NCBI GenBank assembly: GCA_037444305.1
Contig: JBBIMP010000023.1
Span: forward strand, 2,798-66,797
Reading direction: 5' to 3'
Source: Acidobacteriota bacterium
GTDB lineage: Bacteria > Acidobacteriota > UBA6911
Length of the DNA: 64,000 nucleotides
Shown here: piece by piece, positions 36,363-44,681 of the stretch
How the letters are laid out: every line of letters starts with the position of its first letter
Position numbering within the stretch: position 1 is the first letter of the stretch
Program-made: the position numbers and the translations under genes
Notes under the pieces: generated by a model
What the model was told of the DNA's origin: nothing
Seen by the model: only the letters and a program-made list of their open reading frames with translations
Database searches by the model: none

Positions 36363-37043
36363 CTAGGCAAGCATCCGCTCCCGGGCCAACCGGCGGCCGG
36401 TTGCGGTATGGAGCTTCTTTTCAATAAGGCTTTCCCGTGCAGGCCGGTCGAGCAAAGATCTGCGCTGCAGCAACTTGAACAGGTTCACCGCATCCCGGAC
36501 GATCCTTCCATCCGCCTCGGCCGAACCGTTCGACTCGCCGCCGCCCGACAGGATATGGCAGACCCGGTCGATCACTTCCCCCTCGGTTCCCAGCTCCAGC
36601 AAAACGGCGCACGCCTCTTCCTCGGATCCCGGTTCCGCAAGGTTCGCCAGCATCGCCGCGGCAATCACCACCTTGGGCTCGCCGCCCTCCTCCGAGTTGA
36701 TCTCTTCGGCCAGCTCGGCAATCTCCAGGCACTGCTGCAGCCGGTCATTCTCGGGTTTTAACGACCTGCGCACGACCGCCAATAGCCGGTCGCGATACAG
36801 CGCGCTCAGATTCTCTCCTTCGAACATCTCGGGCATGCAGGTTTCGGCGTACTTGCAGTACTCCAGGCAGCCCAGGTTGCGCTTGGGATTCAAAAAGCGG
36901 TGGCCGCACCTGCAGGTGCGCTTGGCGTCATCCTTCCAGAATTCGACCGGCTTGCCGCAACTGGGGCACTTGACGTCGTAGATGTCGTCCGGCTTCCAGA
37001 ACATGGTGTTCTGTCCCGGACAGCGGAGATCGTTCTGGCTCAC
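36363..37043 (-). CDS. Cys-rich (zinc-ribbon-like, 8 Cys) N-terminal domain protein with a degenerate HD-like C-terminal region
   Basis: CPSCGKP ... CRCGH ... GCLEYCKYAETC. It is co-oriented with, and ~190 nt upstream of, the kinase gene. Confidence 0.4.
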   Translation of the reverse strand: MSQNDLRCPGQNTMFWKPDDIYDVKCPSCGKPVEFWKDDAKRTCRCGHRFLNPKRNLGCLEYCKYAETCMPEMFEGENLSALYRDRLLAVVRRSLKPENDRLQQCLEIAELAEEINSEEGGEPKVVIAAAMLANLAEPGSEEEACAVLLELGTEGEVIDRVCHILSGGGESNGSAEADGRIVRDAVNLFKLLQRRSLLDRPARESLIEKKLHTATGRRLARERMLA

Positions 37044-37202
37044 GGCATCACCTGATTGAAATTTCTGAACCCATTGTACTCCTGGAGCCGGGCTGAGGGA
37101 TTTGACTTAGGTCAATCCCCAGGAGGCATACGCAATTGACCTCGAAATCTCGATCTTCTATGGTAGGAGGCTGTAATCTCCTTCCTGAGGAGAGAAAAAA
37201 TC

Positions 37203-39059
37203 ATGCCTCTGATTTGGCCGCTGATTCTTGTCATCCTCCAGCTTCCGCTGACCAGAGCAATCCTGGAGGCCGAAGACGCACGAAGCCGCAATATCGAGGT
37301 TTATGCCGAAGCGCTGCAAAGCGATCAAACCGAAGCCCGGAGACTCGCCATCCGGGCGCTCGGGCGCTTGGAACGTCCCGAGCTGGCGCATCACATCATC
37401 CCCTTCCTGGATGCTGCTGAACCGTCGCTTCGCGCGGAGGCGGTCAACTCGCTGGGCCAGATGCGCGCAGATGTGGAATTGCTCTCCACGTTCAAGACAG
37501 AAACGGCGCCGGCGGTAAGGGCGGTCTACTACCGCACGATGGCAAGGCTGCCCAAGGCGGACGAAGTCCTGCTCATCAAGGGATTGGAAGAGGCGGATCC
37601 GGTTGTACGGGAGGGCGCCGCCAAGGGTGTCGAAACGCTTTATCGCCTGAACGCCCGGAAGGGATTGAAGCCCCCGCTCCATTCGCTTCAGGCAATGCGC
37701 AAAGCGTTCCGGGAAAATTCCGATCCTTTGCTGCGCAGGCTCCTGCTGCTGGCGCTCAACTCTGTGGGCGACGCCGATCCCTCAGTCATCGAGGCGGCCT
37801 TCGGTGATTCCGATCCACAGGTCCGCCGACTGGCGGTCATCGCGACAAAGCGATGGCGTGACGATCCATCCCCCATGGTCCGCTACGAAGCGCTGCGCCT
37901 GGCGCCCTCATGCGATCGAGCCGCTGCCGCTTTGGCAGATCCCAGCCCCCACGTCGCGCTGCTGGCCGTAGACCTGCTCGGCAACGGCTGCCCGGCGGAT
38001 ATTCTCGAAAACATCGTCGACCGGTCCAACGATTGGCGCCGCCAGGCAAGGGCGCTGGTCTCGCTCAGCAGGGTCGGTCCGGATTCTGCTGCAGAGCGGC
38101 TGGAAAGGTTCGCGCGGCATGACCGGTGGCAGGTTCGCGCCTATGCGGCTGCGGCGGCAAAGGTGTTGAAAAACGAACAGATACTCAAGAGCCTCCTCGA
38201 AGACAAACACGCGGGAGTGGCGACCGCTGCGCTTGAAAAACCCGAGGATGCCGTGCGGATGCTGCGCAATCCTGACTACGGCCTCATCATGCGCGCAGCC
38301 GATTGTCTCAAGGGCTGGGCGGAAGGCCGGTCCGCCGTGCCGGAACTGATGGCGGCTCTGGAGCGGATCACAGCCGAAAGGAGCGATACTTCGCGCGATC
38401 CTCGCCGCGCGATTCTCGAGCGCCTGGCGGAATTCGGCGGCCGGGAGATCATCGATGGAATCAAGCCATTGCTGAACGATTTCGACCCGGTCGTTGCGCA
38501 GCTGGCAGCGAAGATCATTTCTGAAAAAGGGGGCGAGCCGGTCTCTGCGCAGCCAACGCATCTGTCCACAAGACCGGTGCCGCCTCAGAGCCTGATCGAC
38601 AGCCTCCGCGGGGCTGCGGTTAGAATTCGCATGGCTGAAGCCGGACCTTTCACCATGGAGCTGCTCATGGATGTGGCGCCGGTGCTGGCCTCGTCCTTCG
38701 TTCAGCTGGCCGAGAGCGGCTATTATACGAACCTGACCTTTCACCGGATCGTCCCCAATTTCGTCATCCAGGGGGGCAGCCCCGGCGCCAACGAGTATGT
38801 CGGCACCGCCGGTTACTTCCGCGACGAACTGGGGCTGGTTTCGCACACACGCGGCACGGTCGGCCTTTCCACGCGCGGTAGAGACACGGGGGACGGGCAG
38901 ATATTCATCAATCTGGTGGACAATTTCAGGCTGGACCACAACTACACGGTCTTCGCCCGCGTCGTGGAAGGGATGGAAAACGTGGATCGCATCCAGGAAG
39001 GGGACACGATCGAAGCCATCGATGTCATCCGCCGCAACAATGCGCCGGGAAAACACTGA
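37203..39059 (+). CDS. Secreted HEAT-repeat (PBS-lyase-like) protein fused to a C-terminal cyclophilin-type peptidyl-prolyl isomerase
   Basis: A signal peptide and repeated DPxVR/A HEAT-like units. The C-terminus has FHRIVPNFVIQGGSP ... the cyclophilin fold. Confidence 0.75.
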   Translation: MPLIWPLILVILQLPLTRAILEAEDARSRNIEVYAEALQSDQTEARRLAIRALGRLERPELAHHIIPFLDAAEPSLRAEAVNSLGQMRADVELLSTFKTETAPAVRAVYYRTMARLPKADEVLLIKGLEEADPVVREGAAKGVETLYRLNARKGLKPPLHSLQAMRKAFRENSDPLLRRLLLLALNSVGDADPSVIEAAFGDSDPQVRRLAVIATKRWRDDPSPMVRYEALRLAPSCDRAAAALADPSPHVALLAVDLLGNGCPADILENIVDRSNDWRRQARALVSLSRVGPDSAAERLERFARHDRWQVRAYAAAAAKVLKNEQILKSLLEDKHAGVATAALEKPEDAVRMLRNPDYGLIMRAADCLKGWAEGRSAVPELMAALERITAERSDTSRDPRRAILERLAEFGGREIIDGIKPLLNDFDPVVAQLAAKIISEKGGEPVSAQPTHLSTRPVPPQSLIDSLRGAAVRIRMAEAGPFTMELLMDVAPVLASSFVQLAESGYYTNLTFHRIVPNFVIQGGSPGANEYVGTAGYFRDELGLVSHTRGTVGLSTRGRDTGDGQIFINLVDNFRLDHNYTVFARVVEGMENVDRIQEGDTIEAIDVIRRNNAPGKH

Positions 39060-39355
39060 TCCAAGCGATCCGAAAAGCAACATCTTCCGCCGGCAAACGC
39101 ACCCATTCCGGCCCTTTTCTTGTTCCGGCCCGCTCCCCGCAGTTTGGATGGCGTTGCTCGGTACTGATACACAGCACCATGCCAATAAACCATGCCGTGC
39201 GCTATCGTCCGTGACAGCGGCTCATTATCGACTCCGGTTGGCAAACAGTGGCGAACTTGCGGGTCGGCTGACGATCTTTGCGTTACAGTTCTTCCCGAAA
39301 GCCAGGTTGCTTCGATCTCCCCTTTCTGGTACATTATGGAAACTAAAATTCCATA

Positions 39356-40507
39356 ATGAGTCCAATAATAGAAATTACTCCCCGGTTTTTTGAGATCCCT
39401 GATCAGAGCTTCTTCCTCTTCGGCCCCAGGGGCACCGGCAAATCGACCTGGCTCCGGCACGAGTTGCCCGATGCCCTTTTTGTTGACCTTCTCCAGCCTG
39501 AAACGTACCGCGAGATGGCTGCGCGTCCTGAAAGGCTGCGAGAATTGGTTCTCGGATCACCGGAGAAACGCACGGTTGTGGTGGACGAAGTTCAACGCAT
39601 CCCGGAACTTCTGCATGTAGTGCACGAAATCCTCGAGTCCGCCCAACGAAGGCGCTTCGTGCTTACGGGATCGAGTGCGCGCAAGCTGCGCCGGGGCGGA
39701 GTGGACCTGCTTGCCGGACGCGCGCTGATGCGAAGTCTCCACCCGTTCATGGCGGCCGAACTGGCCGACTTCCGGCTGGAAGCGGCGCTGCATCGCGGCC
39801 TGGTGCCGCTAATACTCGCGGCGCCCCAAGCTGAAGATGCGCTCCAAGCCTATGCCTCCCTCTATCTCCAACAGGAGGTGCAGAGCGAAGGGTTGACCCG
39901 AAACGTCGGCAATTTTGCTCGTTTTCTGGAGGCGCTAAGCTTCTCGCACGCGAACATTTTGAACATCGCCAACGTCGCCCGCGAATGCCAGATCGAGAGG
40001 AAAACCGTCGCCGGCTACGTGGAGATTCTGGAAGACCTGCTGCTTTCCTTCCGCCTCCCGGTCTTCACCCGCCGTGCACAGCGCGCAACCGTTTCGCACC
40101 CCAAGTTCTACTTCTTTGACGCCGGAGTGTATCGTTCCCTGCGGCCTTGCGGGCCGCTCGACAGAGTCGAAGAAATCGAGGGCGCAGCTCTCGAAGGGCT
40201 CGTGGCCCAGCATCTTCAGGCATGGCGGGCCTATTCCCGAAAAGGGTCGGAGTTGTTTTTCTGGCGCACCCGCTCCGGGGTGGAAGTGGACTTCGTGGTG
40301 TACGGACCCAATGATTTCCGCGCGATCGAGGTCAAAAATTCTGCCCGGGTTCGTCCCGAGGACCTCCGTGCTCTGCGCGCCTTTTCTTCCGACTATCCGG
40401 CCTGTGAGGCGTTGCTTCTCTACCGCGGCGCCGACAGGCTTCGCGTGGATGGGATCTGGTGCCTCCCGGTGGAGGAGTTCCTGCTTCAATTGCGGCCGTC
40501 ACGATGA
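39356..40507 (+). CDS. AAA-superfamily ATPase with a DUF4143-like C-terminus (COG1373-type)
   Basis: FGPRGTGKST Walker A, VVVDEVQRIPEL Walker B, and a C-terminal DUF4143-like region. Confidence 0.75.
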   Translation: MSPIIEITPRFFEIPDQSFFLFGPRGTGKSTWLRHELPDALFVDLLQPETYREMAARPERLRELVLGSPEKRTVVVDEVQRIPELLHVVHEILESAQRRRFVLTGSSARKLRRGGVDLLAGRALMRSLHPFMAAELADFRLEAALHRGLVPLILAAPQAEDALQAYASLYLQQEVQSEGLTRNVGNFARFLEALSFSHANILNIANVARECQIERKTVAGYVEILEDLLLSFRLPVFTRRAQRATVSHPKFYFFDAGVYRSLRPCGPLDRVEEIEGAALEGLVAQHLQAWRAYSRKGSELFFWRTRSGVEVDFVVYGPNDFRAIEVKNSARVRPEDLRALRAFSSDYPACEALLLYRGADRLRVDGIWCLPVEEFLLQLRPSR

Positions 40508-40513
40508 GTCCTG

Positions 40514-40579
40514 CCACGATCGAACGGCGCGATCGTGGAAAGTGGCACTCGTTGCCGCAGGACCGGGATATCCCGGTCC
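40514..40579. other. Two consecutive GC-rich palindromes/hairpins just after the ATPase stop
   Basis: CCACGATCG-aacggcg-CGATCGTGG at 40514-40538. The perfect 20-bp palindrome GGACCGGGATATCCCGGTCC at 40560-40579. Neither is followed by a U-tract. Confidence 0.35.
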
Positions 40580-40744
40580 CAAAGCGTCAATAGGTGCAGA
40601 GCACGCTCGCTCACACCGGTAAACCAAAATCGAGTCAGAGCGTGGCCCTCTGAGATATACTCCTGCTACAAGAGAGACCGGCCGTCCCGAGATCTTCAGC
40701 TAAGTACAAGTCACGATCTGCACTTGTCCAGCCCCCGCGCCACT

Positions 40745-40865
40745 TTATATTTCACCTTTTTATCACCTTTCGCTTGATTTTCTGAAACCAAAGAGTAAAA
40801 TGGTGAACATAAGGTGAATTTCCGCCGATGTCGGGATAATAGGCACTGTGAAATACCTGTGATAT
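40745..40865 (+). promoter_or_regulatory. AT-rich leader of nrdJ carrying three pairs of pentamer repeats with exact 11-bp phasing
   Basis: TCACC at 40752 and 40763. GGTGA at 40802 and 40813. TGTGA at 40847 and 40858. The region is much lower in GC than its flanks. Confidence 0.4.
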
Positions 40866-40988
40866 CTCTTTGGAAAATTCAGTATAAGTCACTTAAATAA
40901 ACACAGATAGAGACATATCCAGGTTCGCTTCAAGCCTGTGAATTTTTCCGTGGCCCGACTTCGGGGAATGGCCAAATGAGGAGACGCC

Positions 40989-42764
40989 ATGACGAAAGCC
41001 GGCAAGGTAGGAGAACGCGGAGATCTCAGGCCGTTTTTTCGCGCTTCCAATGGTTCCAAGGTGCTGGAAACCAGGTATCTGAAAAAGGATCCCCATGGGA
41101 AGGTGATCGAATCCGCGGAAGAAATGTTCAGGCGCGTGGCGGAGGATATCGCCCAAGTGGATCTGCAATATGAGGGCGGAGACATGTGGAAGACCTCAGC
41201 CGACGAATTCTATGCCGTGATGAGCCGTCTGGAATTCCTGCCCAATTCACCCACGCTGATGAACGCCGGCCGGGATCTGCAGCAGCTTTCGGCCTGTTTC
41301 GTCCTGCCGGTGGACGATTCTCTGGATTCCATATTCGAAGCCGTGAAAAACACTGCCCTCATTCACAAGAGCGGCGGGGGCACGGGCTTTTCCTTCTCGC
41401 GGGTACGCCCGCGCGGGGACAGGGTCCGATCAACCCAGGGCGTCGCCAGCGGTCCTGTTTCATTCATGCAGGTCTTCGACGCGGCCACCGATGCCGTGAA
41501 GCAGGGGGGCACCCGCAGGGGCGCCAACATGGGAGTTCTGCGGGTCGATCACCCCGACATCCTGGAGTTCATCGACGCCAAGTCCCACGGAGAAGGCCTG
41601 GCCAATTTCAACATCTCCGTCGCCGTTACCGACGCGTTCATGGAAGACGCCATGACCGGCACGGATTACACGCTTCTGCACCCGCGCACCGGAGCGCCGG
41701 CCGGCCACCTGAATGCCAAGGAGGTATTCCGGCGCCTCTGCCTCAGGGCCTGGGAATGCGGCGAGCCCGGCATGCTTTTCCTGGATGCGATCAACCGGTC
41801 CAATCCCACGCCGGCTCTCGGAAACCTCGAGTGCACAAACCCTTGCGGCGAGCAACCTCTCCTTCCATACGAGTCGTGCAACCTCGGATCCATCAACCTC
41901 TCCAGGATAACCGCGTCCGGCAGGGGAAGAACAGTTGTGGACTATCCGCGTCTCGCGCGCACGGTGAGGACCGCCGTCAGGTTCCTGGACAATGTGATCG
42001 ATGCCAATCACTATCCACTTCCCCAGATCGCGGCGATCACGAAGGCCAACCGGAAAATCGGGCTCGGCGTAATGGGCTGGGCCGACATGCTGATCCAGCT
42101 CGGCATACCATATGACTCCGATATTGCCCTCGCGCTTGCGGGGAAGGTCATGGGCTTTATCCGGCGGGTGGGGCATCAGGCGTCGTGCGAAATCGCAATC
42201 CGGCGCGGGCCTTTTCCCAACTTTGTCCGCTGCCCGGACAGACAAGCTCGCGGCGGGACGCCGCGCCGCAATGCAACGATCACCACGATTGCGCCCGCAG
42301 GCACAATTTCGATCATCGCCGGATGCTCCAGCGGAATCGAACCTCTGTTTGGACTGAGCTATTCCCGCAACCATGTTCTCGGCGGCGTGGAGCTGCCGGA
42401 AATCCATCCTCTGCTTCTGCGGGAGCTGGCTGCGAGGGGACTCGATGCGCCAGAGATACTGGACCACATGACTCGAACAGGTTCGCTTGCGGGCCTTGAT
42501 TTCCTCCCTGAGGACCTCCGCCGGCGATACGTCACCGCGCTGGAAATCGCGCCGGATAGACACGTGCGGATGCAGGCTGCATTTCAGAAACACTCAGACA
42601 ACGCTGTCTCCAAAACCGTCAACCTGCCGCATGAGTCGAAGCCCGAGGATGTGGAGACCGTCTTTCGCCTGGCCGGCGAGCTGGGATGCAAAGGGATCAC
42701 GGTTTATCGCGACCGCTGCCGCGACACTCAGGTCCTGAACCTGGGATGCGCCACCTGTGCCTGA
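40989..42764 (+). CDS. nrdJ: Class II (adenosylcobalamin-dependent) ribonucleotide reductase
   Basis: NSPTLMNAG, CFVLPV, the thiyl-radical loop NPCGEQPL, ESCNLGSINLS, and the C-terminal CATCA. RBS GAGGAG precedes the start. Confidence 0.85.
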   Translation: MTKAGKVGERGDLRPFFRASNGSKVLETRYLKKDPHGKVIESAEEMFRRVAEDIAQVDLQYEGGDMWKTSADEFYAVMSRLEFLPNSPTLMNAGRDLQQLSACFVLPVDDSLDSIFEAVKNTALIHKSGGGTGFSFSRVRPRGDRVRSTQGVASGPVSFMQVFDAATDAVKQGGTRRGANMGVLRVDHPDILEFIDAKSHGEGLANFNISVAVTDAFMEDAMTGTDYTLLHPRTGAPAGHLNAKEVFRRLCLRAWECGEPGMLFLDAINRSNPTPALGNLECTNPCGEQPLLPYESCNLGSINLSRITASGRGRTVVDYPRLARTVRTAVRFLDNVIDANHYPLPQIAAITKANRKIGLGVMGWADMLIQLGIPYDSDIALALAGKVMGFIRRVGHQASCEIAIRRGPFPNFVRCPDRQARGGTPRRNATITTIAPAGTISIIAGCSSGIEPLFGLSYSRNHVLGGVELPEIHPLLLRELAARGLDAPEILDHMTRTGSLAGLDFLPEDLRRRYVTALEIAPDRHVRMQAAFQKHSDNAVSKTVNLPHESKPEDVETVFRLAGELGCKGITVYRDRCRDTQVLNLGCATCA

Positions 42765-43634
42765 TCAGCGGATGGTTTTCGGTTGCCTGTCGCGGCGAAA
42801 TCCCTGAAATTCGTAGGTGATGCCCATCGCGAGTCCGGTATCGGGATCGTAGCGTTTCAGCCCGGCGATGCCGGCGAGGTCCCATCGGAGCCCGCCCGAC
42901 CGGATGCGCACTCCCAGCCGGATCCTCGACTGGTTTTCGTTGCCGACGCGTTCCGCACCCTGCCGCCCGTTGATTTCCCCCACAAGGTCTACCCTGGAAT
43001 GCAGCGGAACGGCCAGGCCAAAGCCATAGGTCAGCAGATCTGCCTGCGTGTTGGCCTGCACGGGCGATCCGAGGATGGCAATTCCGACGTTTCCGAGAAG
43101 TTGCGCCGGGCCAAGATGCTTCGAGGCCAGGATGCTGCCATAGAACGCCATCTCGTCGGTGCCCAGACCGCTCTCGTTGCCTGCGTTCGGGAGCTGCACC
43201 GCGAATTTGAAGGCCAGGGCGGGCTTTCTGCCCGTCTCCCGGGCCAGTCTGAGCTTCGCGGCGAGCAGAAGATCGCCAAAGTCGCTGGTGGCGTTGCCGT
43301 CGAAATCGGGCTTGATGACCGGGATTGTCCTGCGCGTCACCGAAAGAAAATCCCTGACGGTCCCCGATATCTGGAACTCCGCGTACTCCCCGACCCCTAT
43401 GTGGATCCCGCCGACTCCCAGGCGCGTGAGGTCGCCTTCCAGGCCGGACAGCGAGTATCGCTGGTTCTGGAAAAACTCCACGCCCATCTGCAGCCGGATC
43501 CGGCCGACGGGCAGCAGTTCGGCCGCGTCGGTTGCGAGGGGGCGTTCCTGTGAGTGGAGGGGCACAGCCAGGAACAGCAGGAAAACTGCGGCCGGCAAAG
43601 ATTTGTACACCGGTGAGCACCTCGGAACCATCAA
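42765..43634 (-). CDS. Secreted putative outer-membrane beta-barrel protein of unknown function
   Basis: A signal peptide, alternating amphipathic beta-strand patterning, and an aromatic near the C-terminus. Confidence 0.4.
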   Translation of the reverse strand: MMVPRCSPVYKSLPAAVFLLFLAVPLHSQERPLATDAAELLPVGRIRLQMGVEFFQNQRYSLSGLEGDLTRLGVGGIHIGVGEYAEFQISGTVRDFLSVTRRTIPVIKPDFDGNATSDFGDLLLAAKLRLARETGRKPALAFKFAVQLPNAGNESGLGTDEMAFYGSILASKHLGPAQLLGNVGIAILGSPVQANTQADLLTYGFGLAVPLHSRVDLVGEINGRQGAERVGNENQSRIRLGVRIRSGGLRWDLAGIAGLKRYDPDTGLAMGITYEFQGFRRDRQPKTIR

Positions 43635-43671
43635 GCGTTACACGAAGTAACAGAGCGCAGCATGGCCGCAA

Positions 43672-43895
43672 CCGGGCAAGGCCGTATTGAAGGGACGCGG
43701 CAAGCGGAGCCGCGAACGCCAGTGAGCGGTTTGGCAACCAAACCCGTCGCTATTGCTCCGGGCTCCGTTGAATCCCGGCCGGCAATCAGAAACGGCGGAA
43801 GGAGCAACCCTCAACCGTTCCCGCGAAATTTCTCCGCGTACAAAAAAGATGCCTCTGACTGGCAGTTCAGATTAACACGGAGATTCACGGAGAGC
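43672..43895 (+). repeat. Intergenic repeat, copy B (composite): the ccgtattgaaggga module, a caaaaagat...ggcag module, and two CACGGAG decamers
   Basis: It aligns block-wise to 22338-22491, and its 3' end aligns to the 17340-17371 element. Confidence 0.5.
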
Positions 43896-43896
43896 T

Positions 43897-44673
43897 TCAT
43901 TTGTTTCCAGTGCGGCCCGCCGTATCGTTGTCCGCTCTCTTGTCTAGCGCTGCCAATTCGTGTTGCACAATCGCCACCGCCGCCAGCGATGCGGTCTCTG
44001 CGCGGAGAGTGTGCCTGCCCAGGCTGAAGCTCTCAAATCCGGCGTCTGTCGCCGCGTCCTCCTCCGCCGGATCCCAGCCCCCTTCCGGGCCCACGCACAG
44101 GACGACTCTATCCGGCGCACACGGTCCCAGCGACAAGCGCTTCACGGCTTTGGGCGAAAGTAGAAGGCGAATGCCGGCTTTCCTTCCCTCCCCGTCGACG
44201 AAGTCCACGAAGGTGTGCGGCGCGGTCACGGCGGGCGCCTCGTTGCGTCCGCACTGCTTGCAGGCCTCCTGGACGATGCGCCGCCACCTCTGCATCCGGG
44301 ATTCGAGCCGCTTGCCCGGGATGCGGGCGCTTCCGCGCCGGGTAATGAGCGGCACGAACTCATTTATGCCGAGTTCCGTCCCCTTCTGCAGAATCCACTC
44401 GAAGCGGTCCGGCTTTATCAGCGCAGCAGCCAGCACCACGGCAGCCGGCGTGGCATCACCCGACGATACCCGTTGCAGATTTGTCAGGCGCACCGTCTCT
44501 CCCTGTATCTCCACCGTGCCGGCATGGCTTTCGCCGGTTCCGTCGAATATCTCCACCTCCTCACCGGCTCGGATCCGCAAAACGTGGCGCAGGTGGTGGG
44601 ATTGATCCGCGGGCAGTACGGCGTGGTCGCCCCGGAAGAGAACGGCGGGTACAAAAAATCGTCTGCGCGCCAT
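43897..44673 (-). CDS. rsmE: 16S rRNA (uracil1498-N3)-methyltransferase
   Basis: RRFFV ... a PUA-like N-terminus, and SPOUT motifs (LCVGPEGGW, LGRHTLRAETA). Confidence 0.85.
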   Translation of the reverse strand: MARRRFFVPAVLFRGDHAVLPADQSHHLRHVLRIRAGEEVEIFDGTGESHAGTVEIQGETVRLTNLQRVSSGDATPAAVVLAAALIKPDRFEWILQKGTELGINEFVPLITRRGSARIPGKRLESRMQRWRRIVQEACKQCGRNEAPAVTAPHTFVDFVDGEGRKAGIRLLLSPKAVKRLSLGPCAPDRVVLCVGPEGGWDPAEEDAATDAGFESFSLGRHTLRAETASLAAVAIVQHELAALDKRADNDTAGRTGNK

Positions 44674-44681
44674 GGCCCGGA

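Noticed and set aside
40740-40988. NrdR boxes or a cobalamin riboswitch upstream of nrdJ
   Set aside because: The best 16-mer (ccactttatatttcac) matches only 10 of 16 positions of the NrdR palindrome and is not itself palindromic. No B12-box-like core (AGYCMGgAgaCCkGCc) or other riboswitch core was visible. I report the region as uncharacterised regulatory DNA instead.
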